Positions 38,146 to 51,484 of a stretch of 64,000 nt of DNA are shown piece by piece. Made by a program: the position numbers and the translations under genes. Source of the DNA: Octopus bimaculoides (lineage: Eukaryota); NCBI RefSeq assembly GCF_001194135.2, contig NC_068982.1:63706908-63770907 (forward strand), written 5' to 3'. Numbering within the stretch: position 1 is the first letter of the stretch; every line of letters begins with the position of its first letter. The notes under the pieces are model-generated. The model was given only the letters and a program-made list of their open reading frames with translations. It did not search any database and was not told the origin of the DNA.

Positions 38146-40061
38146 GTGTTGTTGGTCTATATAACGTGCTCGTGAAATAGTAGATCACGAAAGAAATAAT
38201 AACGGGACTTTCTTGAAAATAGCTGCTGAAATGAAGACCTGTTGTCGGCTGGTGTTGGAGCGACTTATATGAATTGCAGGAATTCCAACTGCAGTGAGTT
38301 GTGTTTGTGAATGACAAATCTTCAGCTCAAACCGTTTATTCTTTTAAATCAGCAATACTTGGAATAACTGCGCTGTGTCGCTATGGTTCACAAAATTAAT
38401 TCATTGTCATTAAGCCAAGTTTGTAAACAGCTCGATTGTGTTCCTTTAACTATAGTTATTATATGATGGAAAAACACAGCACTAATTTGTTAAAGCAGTT
38501 GCTGTAGTGATAAATGAGAATTATCAGAGAGGAGTCGAGATTGATGTGGATTTATGGAGATAGACTGATGTAGAGAGAGAAACAGAAATGTTAAAAGAGA
38601 AAGCAGTAGATGGAAGGAAATGTTAAGAGATAGATAGGGAGATAGAGAGGAAGAGATCTAGAAACTGAAAGGAGGTTAGATGAAATAGAGAACGGATTGA
38701 GAATAAAAGAGAATTTGTAGCACGTACAAAAAAATTGTGAAGACTTAGTTTTCATACTATAGTACATTCATGACAGATTCTGCTTGTTATGACGTCCATA
38801 TTGATTTGCATTAGTTCGATTTCAATTAAATGAAAATGATAGTCTCAATAAACCATCGTGAAAAGCTCCTTGTATTATCACTCATTAAAAACTGAGTGTC
38901 TGAAATGGATAGCATTGCTATCAATATTTTGCCCTTGCCGTCAATGTGATGTGATGACTGTTTGCAGCCATGTTCCTGTGAATATTTAATTTCAGTATCA
39001 AGTTCTCCAGATAAGCTTTCCTCCATGGTAAATATTGAATTACAGATTTATTTCAGTATTTGCTGGAATTACTTTGTTGCTGGTTAACTGAAGATTGACA
39101 GACAAATATAGTATTTAAAGTTAAACAAATTAAAGTATGTGGGCGGCTATGAAGCTCGGTGCTCCTTAATTACTTGCCGTAACATAGAATTCTGTAACAC
39201 ATAACCTATTTTGCCCATTAACTTCCTGGGCGTATACCATGGACGTTAATGAGGGAAAAGGTTTCAGGGATGCAATGCTTCAAATTCCACAACACTGGCA
39301 TTCTATTTCATCCTTTCTGGGTCGATAAAAAAACCAAATTGAAAACTGTTAACATTTTTGAAGAGGACTAGCTACGTTTTAGCATTAAAAAATTGAGATT
39401 TGGTCCAGTAGAAAAATGTTTACATCAAAATTTGTAGTAACGTGATAGGAAGGTAAGTAACGCCTCCAATCAAGTTTAGATCTAAATAACGTTTCATTTA
39501 AAAGCAAAATATATTTATCTTAGCTACAATGATAGAAGAAAGCATGAGCAATTTGGTCTCATGCAACAAACATGTGTATCAAAAAAGTTGTGAGGTAAAT
39601 TATCACGAAAAAATATAAGTATAATTAACTTTTTTATTTAAAAAAACAAACTATATTTTAATCAAGCTTAAATGACAGAGCTCCATTCGAGGAATTTCTT
39701 GGTATCAATCTCATGCAATGAAGTTTTATAAGAAAAAAAGTTATGAGTGTTTGTTTCTCAAATTTGAGAGTGATTACATAGTTCTATACGTTTTTATGAA
39801 TATAGTTCTATGAGGGGACTTTTAGTTATTGTAACCGGCATCATTGAGGTAAAGAAAAAATTATCAACGACACCACTAACTTGCAATTAGTTTAATTACG
39901 TCATATGTATTAATTAATGCAATTATATCATAAGAATGATAAAAATTAAAATATTAATTAGAAATTTATTAAATTTGTTATTCAATTTTCAATAAGGTCA
40001 AATCTTAAGTTGACACATTATTAATTAGTCTAATAGCATAGCCTGGAAAAAACGGATGACA

Positions 40062-40901
40062 GGAAAAATGCGAGAAAGAGAAATAATATTTTGAAGAATA
40101 TAATCCTGGAAAAGTTCAGGACAACTTATTACATCTGGTAAAGTACAGAACAAGAAAAGCTTTGCTTAAAATATTGCAGTTAAGGATAAAATTTGGATAT
40201 TAAAAATGATCTGATTTTAATTTACAAAGTAACATTATAATTAAAACAGGTACGATCATTTTGTCAAAATATTCACACACTAGAATACTTAAAAAATCAA
40301 AGCCGGAAGTGCCAATATAGCTAAAGTTTTATGCAAAGTACAATACTATATATGGTAGGCAAATTCATTATGTAAAAAATAGGCATTGGGTCAAGACTAA
40401 AAATGTGAAGAATTGGCAATAACTTAGGCAATAACTCAAGCAAATTTTACTGTGAATTTGTTGTTATAGGTAAATTTTACTGTAATATGTAACTAATGTT
40501 TGTATTATTTTATTTATTGTGCTAACTTACTATGTACTACTATTATTTTTATAACCTATTTTCAAATTTCTAATTATCAATTAATAATTGACAAAATGAA
40601 TTTTTTAATAGTGCAAAAAATATTATAATTGAGCTATTTTTTTTATTTTCAATAGAAGTAACAAGTAATAACAAATAGAATTGATAAATTTTTAGTTTTA
40701 ATAAATGCTAATATTTTCTAAATCTAAATATTTTATTTGAAATTTTATCCTTAGCTGCAATATTTTAAGAAAAAAATTTCTCGTTCTGTTCTTTACCAGA
40801 TGTAATAACTTGTCCTAAACTTTCGCAAGTGTAATAACTTGTCCTGTACTTTTCCAGGATCATAACCTTAAGAATATTTTTTTCTCTTGCTCTCATTTTC
40901 C
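40062..40901. mobile_element. Non-autonomous foldback/MITE-like element with ~135-160 bp inverted arms
   Basis: 40062-40194 is the reverse complement of 40740-40901 (cctggaaaagt.caggacaa.ttattacatctggtaaag.acagaac.agaaa...cttaaaatattgcag.taaggataaaattt). No TSD or coding region was seen. Confidence 0.8.
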
Positions 40902-40904
40902 AAG

Positions 40905-40981
<77 letters not shown>

Positions 40982-41039
40982 ACAATTAGGAAATGGAGGG
41001 GATCAAGAGGTGGTATTCATCAACTTTTAAGACGTTATA

Positions 41040-41460
41040 TTATGTCTATTTTTTTTTTAAGGTAATTATAACAATATACATACATGTATAACGTATTATG
41101 CTCTACATATATAATATACAAAATATAAAATACCAGTAATTATTAAAATATATAACGTAGAGCACAAAAAGTAGGATAATATCTTACAGCTGTTTCAGCG
41201 AAGAGACCATATTACCCCATTCTACTTTTATCCCTCCAGTGAACTGAAACCCTAACTCTAACCCTAACCCAGGGTTAGGGTTAGGGTTAGGGTTAGGGAT
41301 ATTTGATAGATAAGATTAAGGTACTTAATCTTATCTACCATGCAATGAAAAAACACTTCTACATTAATAATTGGGTATTCTACCAGCAGTATATTGGATA
41401 GATATTATCCCTTAGTTGGTCGGATTTACAACCTCTAACTCTCTTGGAATTATATATATN
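41040..41460 (+). mobile_element. Palindrome-rich, probably Penelope-related non-autonomous element
   Basis: Half-hammerhead tacagctgtttc at 41185-41196, identical to 60052-60063; end motif 41352-41445 shared with 24756-24795 and 59792-59858. Confidence 0.55.
41250..41298. repeat. Interstitial inverted telomeric repeats (CCCTAA)3-CCC-A-GGG-(TTAGGG)4
   Basis: Directly visible; 21 bp arms with one mismatch around A41271. Confidence 0.95.
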
Positions 41461-41506
41461 NNNNNNNNNNNNNNNNNNNNNNNNNNNNNNNNNNNNNNNN
41501 NNNNNN

Positions 41507-41554
<48 letters not shown>

Positions 41555-42685
41555 ATATACAACAGCTACATCAAATGGAAACTTTCTGACAACTGGAATA
41601 TTTTTATAGCAGAACAGTAATTATTTTCAAGCCAAGAAAGCATTGAATCGAAAGTTTAGCAAAGAAGTGTCTGCATTAGGTAATGGTTGCCTGGCTCTCT
41701 ATTAATTGCAAAAGCTGCGAAATAACATAAAAGTGGTAAAACATTAAATTTTGCCTCTGCGTATCTGTTATGTTCTCAAGTATTGTGCAGTTGCATATGC
41801 AGAAAGTTCTCAATGTTATAACTTTCAGTATTTGTCAGTGTTGCGGTGCATTAATGAAATAGTGCGAGGTGTAAAATCAACAGCTAGAAAATTGCAAATG
41901 AAGTAAGATGCACCACGATTCAACGAGTCTATTGTGAGAAAAAATGAAGTCAGTTTAATGGTCTTAGTTGCGTTTTTGGATGAAGAGGAATTTATTTTGC
42001 CTAGAAGAGTTCATTTTGCCCAAAACTTACTACAGACACCAGAGATACAACACTTTTTTTTAAATAAGTAAAGAAAATAATATCTCCATGGAAAGTATAA
42101 TGCCTTGAACAATAGATGATGGATATCTTTGTGGTAGTAAATATGGGAGCTCATTTCTTCATAAACACTGTGCTTTGGTATCTACCGTCAGATTTCGTTG
42201 CAGAACAATTTGGAAGACGTCTATCAGAAGCCCTTTTGCCACTGGTGTATGAGCTGTCAGCTTCACTACTAAATCGCTCACTTTTTTCTTTCCGGAAGTT
42301 TTGTTATAAAACTGATGACATTAAGAGCTGTAATAGCTATGGAAAGACAATTGCCTTCGTCGTTTCGAGAGACTTTAGGATAGTATTGCCATTGCTCAAT
42401 AATAAGTAGCTTTGTGAACAATTTGTTGCTAAGTGTGATATATTTTACGCTCGTATATATTTCAAAACCGACGGGAAAGTTACCATGAGTAAACTATATT
42501 CCTTTATCTTGCAAAGATGTTATCACTGCTTTCATTACAAAGCTTAAGCTATTCAATGTTAATATAGAAAATCACGAGTTGGTGCGATTTCCATCCCGGC
42601 TACCATTGACTCTGACATGTTAGAAGTTAATATTTCTATATATGTTGAATATTTGGAACATTTGTACTGTGATAATACACTTCAG

Positions 42686-42863
42686 TTCAGCGCGTTAGTA
42701 GAAACGAGCGGTCTTGTTCGGGTGATGGTTCCATTTGGGGCAATAGAAGACGGTACTGAAACTAAATTTCAGACAGATCTTATTCAAATACAGAGTAATG
42801 AAATGACACGAACTAAATTCGAGCATGGCAGACATGACTTATGGGAAAGTGATGAATTGGCAT
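42686..42863 (+). CDS. Candidate coding exon of an unidentified gene
   Basis: Weak acceptor acacttcag|, strong donor |gtaagt, open frame FSALVETSGLVRVMVPFGAIEDGTETKFQTDLIQ...DLWESDELA. No recognisable family. Confidence 0.25.
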
Positions 42864-44949
42864 GTAAGTTTACATTTTATACCGAAAAAGTATAACTGGA
42901 ACACATATACCTATCAAAAGCTCACAAATACCATGACCGTATAAAAAGTGAACTTCGTTTGTCCCTTTTCTTAACATGGCCTCTAACTCTACTCCTATAC
43001 TCTTGGGCAAGATTCTAAACATATGCTCCGTCATTTTTTCTAGCTAGCTGTAAATAAAATTAGTAAGGAATGGCCTCACCATATATGTAGGAATGAAAAT
43101 GAATATGGACCAGTTTCCTTGCTCAAGTGAAACGCCAGATAAAATGCTTTCCAATATTTAGTTATATCGTTTAAAAATTTGAGTTCAAATTTCGCCAAGT
43201 CGACTTTATCGTTTATCAAATTGGGATAAAATAGCACCCGTGAAGCACTAGAGTCTAATCAATGGACTATTATTATTCCCTGGATATATCTTTGTAGCAA
43301 TATGAGAAATCAACAATAAATATTCATATTTGTAATAAATAGGATCAAAGATATTTTTTCAATTGATTGCGAGATTATCTGTTAGGTTGCTACTCAATAT
43401 TACATCTCATTTTGGTGATGCTTAACAAAATTATGTTATAAAAATGATGGCAGCGTAGTAAACTAGAAGAAATCTGCATATCATTGTAAGTGATATTGTG
43501 TTTATGTAATAAAAATGTATCAGTGATATTATATATCTGTACAGTAAACATAAACATAAAGAGATGCAAGAAACATCGATCTAAACATTTATTAATATCG
43601 AAAACATAAATAATATGAATAATCGACTGACAAATTGCAATCATTTTCATTGAATATCTTCATAAATTTCTGTCATATTAAGCTCGAATAGGAGAAAAAA
43701 AGCTAATGATATTTTAATATTGTCTCTTATCAGGAAGCTGAATTTGTTTTTTCGTTTTCTTTAACCAGGACGAAAACTTTTCCCTGTCATAATTCCACTA
43801 ATGAAGGCTATATCCAGGCGTCAAAGAATTATAACCAATGTTGTTTGTTTCTTTGTTTGTTTTGTTTTGTTTTGTTTTTGTTTTTATTTACAACTTTATA
43901 CAAAATTTCGGAAATAATCAAAATTCAGAAAATGTTCAGTTTTGTTTGTTTTTATATGAAACAACTTTTAAGAATGACCATTAAATGTAAAATAGACATG
44001 CCATAGTGAATGTTATATGGTCGACTGAGCTGCAAAACACGATAACCACATTTCCCTGAAACCAGACCCTACCCTATTAAAACAAGCAACAACACAAAGA
44101 TTAAGCATAAACACATAATATTATAACTAAAGATGGGATGGTCATGGCTTGGACACTGGAAGAACAATAGCTGCGTGATTATAACCTTGCATCATCTCTT
44201 GCCTCTTTTTCAAATCATATACAAATGTCTGTGTAAAGATAACTGTTCTATCACTGTCCGACAGATTTCCGCAAGCAGATACACACTATTCAATGCCATA
44301 TTCCTTTAGTTGGAATAAAAGAGAAGATAAATCAATTCATGAAGAAAAAAAATCAAGTCTATGGAGACTAGTGAGGATCTGCTTTAGAAAGAAAAAATTT
44401 CCTACTAAATTTTACTAAACAAGTCCCTTCTTTTCGTTGATGAAAAAAAACTTGCTACAAGCATTCACTTCTCCTCACAAATTTACCAAAGTGGACAGTA
44501 CAATACTCTCTCGCTCACTCTCTTTCTTTCTTTCTTTCTTTCTTTCTTTTTTTCTCTCTCTCTCTCGCTTGCTCACTCACTCGCTCTCTCATTCACTCAC
44601 TCACTCACGCTTCCCTCTCTTTTGCACATACATACACACCTATACACGGTGTGTATGTGTTATATTTGTGTGTGTGCGTGTGTAAATATATATATAGAGA
44701 GAGGGGTGAGAGGAGGGGAAGAATCTACTTAGGCCATGGTTGTCTCGGTAGTTACGGTCATAGCTTAGTGTAAGGAGGTGGCCTAGTTCCCTCGTGTTGT
44801 CTTCGCGGAACTCTACTTCACTCTCACAGATAATCTCAATAACCTATAATATAAACCTAAGTTTTTAAAAAAGATTAGTGCAAAATATGAATGTTCCATA
44901 ACTTAAATATTCCTTTAGCTGATACCAGATATCAGTCTTTTATTGATAT

Positions 44950-46049
44950 TAGCTAAATAATTAAATGCATAATTTTTAGTCTAATATATTTTGAATTATT
45001 ATACTTTTTCTATAAATCTTCTCTGTTGGTGTTAATAAGCTACATATACTTTACCATAGTATTAGTAATTAAGCTATTTTATTCTTTTTCTATGGTGTTC
45101 TGCCCTACTTGATTATTTAATTTTATTTCTTTATTATTTGATAATTAGCCTTTATTTATTCATAAAATTAAGCTAATCTTTGTATCTCTATAAATTCATA
45201 CTTAGCTCATATAAAACTATACTGGTATATTCACTACTTATAAAGTAACTGCTTAGATTATAATTTTGTTAATGTATAATTAGCATGTTCTTGTACCTCA
45301 ATACTCCTTTATACCAATTAATCAATATTCACAGACTCCATCTAATGAGTTAGTATTTAAGTGTACAATATGTATAAATATTAAACTATTTCTGGATAAT
45401 TTCGTTTCCTCCCTCTATTATGGTAAAAGTTTGCTACATACTCAAAAGTATTCATAAATTTCTATCCTTTTGTTATAATATTCTCCTTAATAACCCTCTG
45501 AATAGCCATAAACTTTAACTGTATACAATATAGCAACATTGTTTAATATATTTAACTATAGTACTACATAAGACTTCCACTGTTTCATTATCAATAGTCT
45601 GCTAGTGGGCGACCCACCTTAAATGTCAGCTAACATTTTGTATTAAATTTTCCTTTACCAAACCTCATGATATTGCTTCTAATAAATCTTGATTTTTATG
45701 ACTATACCAGCTATGATTTCTGTCTGCTTCATCATCCCTACCCCTAATAGATACTGCCCTTTATTCTCTCAGCTTTAGTAAACATACAAGGATTTGATAA
45801 ACTAGTCTATAAATTAATATTGACCCATTAAAAACAAAAAAAAATCAGTGACAAGCAATCTTCTTGATAATTTAGTAACTTCTATGCTGAAGTGCAGGCA
45901 ACATGTTCTTTGTCTATCTCCTTAACTTCTTGGAGATTTTAGGTATAATTATACTAATGTGTCCATCTGTTCTAATTTAATTAAATTCTATGTCTTTGTG
46001 CAGCTGGGAATTGCTCTGCATTTCAAATTGATGTAATGATTGCATTGTT
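44950..46049 (-). mobile_element. Possible very old LINE remnant
   Basis: Purine-skewed minus strand with only faint APE-like residues; no clean motif. Confidence 0.2.
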
Positions 46050-46059
46050 NNNNNNNNNN

Positions 46060-46102
<43 letters not shown>

Positions 46103-46106
46103 ATTT

Positions 46107-46381
46107 ATTTGTTTCAGTAATATGACTGCGGCCATGCTGGAACACCGCCTTTAGTCGAGTAAATCGACCCCATGACTTCTTCTTTGTAAGCCTAGTACTT
46201 ATTCTATCGGTCTCTTTTGCCGAACCCTTAAGTTACGGGGACGTAAACACACCACCGTCGGATATCAAGCAATAGTGGGGGGACAAACATAGACACACAA
46301 AAATATACACACACATACATATATATATATATATGTATATATACGGCGGGCTTCTTTCAGTTTCCGTCTACCAAATCCACT
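46107..46381 (-). mobile_element. SINE family A, 3' two thirds running into a gap
   Basis: gactgcggccatgctggaacaccgcctttagtcgag...taagcctagtacttattctatcggtctcttttgccgaac. Confidence 0.9.
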
Positions 46382-47055
46382 NNNNNNNNNNNNNNNNNNN
46401 NNNNNNNNNNNNNNNNNNNNNNNNNNNNNNNNNNNNNNNNNNNNNNNNNNNNNNNNNNNNNNNNNNNNNNNNNNNNNNNNNNNNNNNNNNNNNNNNNNNN
46501 NNNNNNNNNNNNNNNNNNNNNNNNNNNNNNNNNNNNNNNNNNNNNNNNNNNNNNNNNNNNNNNNNNNNNNNNNNNNNNNNNNNNNNNNNNNNNNNNNNNN
46601 NNNNNNNNNNNNNNNNNNNNNNNNNNNNNNNNNNNNNNNNNNNNNNNNNNNNNNNNNNNNNNNNNNNNNNNNNNNNNNNNNNNNNNNNNNNNNNNNNNNN
46701 NNNNNNNNNNNNNNNNNNNNNNATATATATATGGTATTTGCCTACATAACAGCCTACAAGCAAATGTACTTCTGTATGTATATTTTGTGGGAATTGGGGT
46801 ATCACTACCTTCTATGCGTATTTCCTATTTAATACGGAGTACGTTTCATTTATGAGGACGTACTCCTGTATTTATCTGAGTGATGGGTCCTTCGGGTGCT
46901 TGTATAAAATACGAATGTCAAGTCGGCCCAGTGTGCCTGCATGTTAGTAGAATATGGAGGACTGTTTATGTTATCATATTGCTTCAAATTTTCACTTAAT
47001 CTCTTCGCAATACTTCTAGATGTTTCTACAATACATATATATATGTGGGTGGGGT

Positions 47056-47225
47056 GCGTGTATGACGGGATTCTTTAAATCTTCCGTCCACCAAATCCAC
47101 TCACAAGGTTTTGGTCAACCCGAAGCTATAGTAGAAGGCACTTGTCCAAGGGGCCAAGCTGTTGGAATTAACCCAGACTCATGCGGTGCGAAAGTAAACT
47201 TCTTACCACACAGTCGTGCCTGCGC
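47056..47225 (-). mobile_element. SINE family A, 5' half
   Basis: ccaaatccactcacaaggttttggtcaacccgaagctatagtagaaggcacttg...cttaccacacagtcgtgcctgcgcc. Confidence 0.82.
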
Positions 47226-48354
47226 CAATGATAAATTTTATTACATATATATATATATATTATTTATTTATCTAATTAGCATTTTCCTTATTTTCTTTTT
47301 AGTCTTTTGTTGTGTTCATCACCAAATTTCTTGAATAGGTAATTTTTTATGGTTTACATTTTACTGGTGTTTGCTTTTTTGTTTTCATTGAATGTTTATA
47401 ACACCATCGATGTCAGGTATATATTCTGTGGAATAACATTCAGTTTAGCAAATCATTTGTTGATATACCTTTGTAAATTCTCTTTGTAAATACTTATATT
47501 TGCATGAGTTTTCATGGATTTTCAGAAGTAACATCAATTACATTGATTTTCCTATGCATGTACGTATGTATGTATGTATGTATGTATGTATACATGTAGC
47601 TGGCTTCTACTCAGTTTCTGCAACTACATTTCACGCAAGCTATAGGTCAACCAGTTTTCGTCGAACGGACATAAAGCACCTAGTTAGTTGTCCGTACCAC
47701 TGGTTGCGATCCAGATATACGATGATCCATAAAAACGGGGGGACTTCACTGCATTATAGCATTTAGTGTTAGTCGGATGTTGCACCGTGTCGCAGAATGG
47801 AGATATTTCACAGCTCTACAGCTATAACCAGAAGTCAGTAGCTTCTGGTTATAGTTAAAACAGATGAATTCGTCGAAGAATGGCACCAGCTGTTCTTCAG
47901 TTACTTCTGCTACTGTGCATCCTTGCACAATAAAGTCATTTCTTTCTCTCTTATCTTTAAATCTAACAGTTCAACTTGATGAAATGTAACAGGTCAAGCA
48001 AAAGAATTAGGACATGGTATAAATTATTAATGTGTGTAATCTTCAGCTTAGCATTACGGATGCACAGAAGGCATGATAGAATTGTTCTGGCACATTGGTT
48101 CCTCCATTTACAAGACAAGCATTAAGCATTTCTGTGCTCAGTGTTCTATGGGGCCAGTTATTATAGCAGTCTCTTTTTCAAATCTATTTTTATGTCTCAA
48201 ATAACGATATTTTACAATATGTTATATTTTTATACTATTGTGATAATATATTGCTTAAATTCATATGTATGTATGTATGTATTATATATGTATGTATATA
48301 AGTATGTTCGTTTGTTTATTTATATGTATGTACATACATACGTATGTATACATT

Positions 48355-48415
<61 letters not shown>

Positions 48416-48850
48416 NNNNNNNNNNNNNNNNNNNNNNNNNNNNNNNNNNNNNNNNNNNNNNNNNNNNNNNNNNNNNNNNNNNNNNNNNNNNNNNNNNNNN
48501 NNNNNNNNNNNNNNNNNNNNNNNNNNNNNNNNNNNNNNNNNNNNNNNAGTTAGAAATGAGTCAGTTCTATGTATATTTTAAAATGAAATAAATAAACGAT
48601 GAGGATTGATTTCGAATGTACCTACAAAGAGAATATGTGTATATTTATCTTAGGGCAAGTTTACATATTTAAATGTTCTTTGCTACTATTCCTTGTCTTA
48701 AACAAGTACTGAAAGAGGTACGAGAAGCACTTATAGTTATCTCTGTCACTATTTCTTACTCTCTTTCTTTTTCTGCCTCTCCTTTTTTGTCTCTCCCTCT
48801 TTCTAGTCCCCCGCCTCTCCCCTTCTCTCTCTCCTCGGCACACAATACGA

Positions 48851-48889
<39 letters not shown>

Positions 48890-48890
<1 letters not shown>

Positions 48891-49429
48891 TGGGTGCGAT
48901 GAATAAATTATCGTCTAAATTACGCAAAGATAAAAATAACACTGATATCTCATTTTAACAGGTTTATTTACCAAAATTACATAAAAATATCCAGAAATAC
49001 TAAACAGTAAATATAATGAAATCGCCATTGGCTTCCATCACGACCTCCGGAAGACTTCGGAATCTCTTGCAACTCTTCTGGGCAGTCTCCTGGTCAATGC
49101 TACCATAATCTTTGCCTTCAGTTCATCTTTGGTGTTACAAAGAGTTTTGTTGGTCTCTCGCTCAACTGCGACCCACAAATAATTACTAAGGGGGTTGCAG
49201 TCTGGGGAGTTAGGTAGCCAGATGTTAGGGGTGATGTGGTCGCAGAAATTATTTGACAACCATGACTGGGGTCTTCTGCTTGTGTGGCATGGTGCATAGT
49301 CCTGTTGCCAGACATAGGGTCTCAAAGTAGCCCCCCCCCCTTGACCCAGCGCAGTACTACCTCCTCCTCACTAGTGATCACTCCAAACACCATGATGTTG
49401 ACCGGATATTTGATTTTTATTACTGTCGG
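48890..49429 (-). mobile_element. maT/DD37D-type element, second copy (truncated by gap)
   Basis: TIR ctgggtgcgatgaataaattatcgtc after (TA)n; RPYVWQQDYAPCHTSRRPQSWLSNNFCDHITPNIWLPNSPDCNPLSNYLWVAVERETNK. Confidence 0.92.
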
Positions 49430-49894
49430 NNNNNNNNNNNNNNNNNNNNNNNNNNNNNNNNNNNNNNNNNNNNNNNNNNNNNNNNNNNNNNNNNNNNNNN
49501 NNNNNNNNNNNNNNNNNNNNNNNNNNNNNNNNNNNNNNNNNNNNNNNNNNNNNNNNNNNNNNNNNNNNNNNNNNNNNNNNNNNNNNNNNNNNNNNNNNNN
49601 NNNNNNNNNNNNNNNNNNNNNNNNNNNNNTATATATATACATATGTATGTAAGTATGTATGTGTGTATTGATAGAAGAATATACATTAATACATATAGAT
49701 ATATGAATATATATATACATATACATATATATGTATATATATGTATATGCATATATATATATATGTATATATACATGTATATGTGTTTATATATATATAT
49801 GTGTGTGTGTGTGTACACATACATACATACATATATGCGTCAGTTACACATACATGTGTGCGTGCATGTGTGTGTGTGTGAGTGTGTGTGTGTA

Positions 49895-49928
<34 letters not shown>

Positions 49929-50872
49929 TGAATAAGTAAATAATAGGCTATAAGTGAAACACTTCTACTGAAATCATAGAAACTCCTGTTAAAGCAACAT
50001 GTTTTATTAACGTTCAGCTGTATTGATTACTGAGTTATTATTTGTAATTCCATTCTATTTTACTGGCAGGGAATTTCAACAAAATTCTCTTTGGCTCCTC
50101 GATCAATAACAACTAGAAGAGACGTCTTCAATGCTATTCGATGTGCCTAAATGAATTGATTTCCATACCTGATTGAAATATCGATTCTCGTAATAGCAAC
50201 AAATGGGTTCCTTTTATTTTCTTGTAAACTCTTAATGTTTGTTGATCAATGCTGAAGCTTTATTGAGTAATGTAGGTACACAAGACAGACAGAAGACAGG
50301 ACTTCTGGCATCACTTTGTGAATAGTGATTCAGAGACCATTTAGTTGATGTGTTGGCTCACTACCAGTAATGTAATTTTGCGGTGGCAGACAAAATACTA
50401 AGAGTTATTCTTGGGAAAGACAAACTGACTGAATACTAGTCTAAAAGATTAATAAGTAAAGAAAGGAATAATGGGGAAACGAAAATGATAGTAGACCAAA
50501 TACCATAGTAATGAACACACACACATACAAGCACGCGCGCGCAGACACCCATACACACACGCGCACACAGCAACACATTCAGAGACATACACAGATACAC
50601 ATACATATATACACTTACACGAGTGCGAACAAGTAATTTCAATCATATTAATATATACACAACCGAAATTAATATTAGGAATAAAGACTGCATGTACATG
50701 TCATACAAAGTCATGTATCACGAAATATTTGTGTATACGAATATATATTTTTATGTGTATTTGTTTGTGCGTATATATGCATATGTATATGTAGATAAAC
50801 GCATGCATACTTACATGCAGACATATATGTGTGCGTCTGTTTGTGCGTGCCTTTGCATGTGCGTATACATGT

Positions 50873-50985
50873 ATGTATGTGTGCATATGTGCGTATGTAT
50901 GTGTGCATATGTGCGTATGTATGTGTGCATATGTGCGTATGTATGTGTGCATATGTGCGTATGTATGTGTGCATATGTGCGTATG
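50873..50985. repeat. 22 bp minisatellite, about five copies
   Basis: Unit gtgcatatgtgcgtatgtatgt. Confidence 0.9.
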
Positions 50986-51484
50986 TGTGTGTGTGTGAGA
51001 GTGTGTATGTGGTGTTATGACTAAATGTCTATACAGTACATGTATGAGTAAATGATAAAAAGTGCACTACACAGTTATAATACAGTACTCTGAGTTCCGG
51101 CCCCTTTAGAAAATTGACAAATAAATTCTACGCGAACATGAGGCACTAAATTATGCATCGCTGTACGCACACATAAACCTAGATAGATGTTTGTACATAT
51201 ACTCACATATACCCACGTAAATGTATTTATTTTTATGTGTGTCTGAATTTATGTTACGCTTGCATATCTACATGATCCAGACATGGTCAAAGGGTTTAGA
51301 GGCTCGCACTGGAATTATGGTATAACGTTCAGTGTTCGATTCTACCTCACCGAATCTTGGGCAAATGGTTCCCGCTATAGTTTTTAACCAATTCCTTCTT
51401 TATCAGTAAAACTGGGCACAGAGAAATTATGTAGAGGCTCGTCTCATGATTTGCACATGTAATTCAAATAATTTATGTTTATCA

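Noticed and set aside
38826-39026. 66 aa minus-strand ORF MEESLSGELD...
   Set aside because: No recognisable motif or convincing splice signals on that strand.
41250-41298. Telomere fusion scar interpretation
   Set aside because: The orientation is (CCCTAA)n then (TTAGGG)n, the opposite of an end-to-end fusion, and the array is very short.
42312-42365. CTGATGA-cat...atg-GAAA
   Set aside because: No stem I pairing; compatible with chance.
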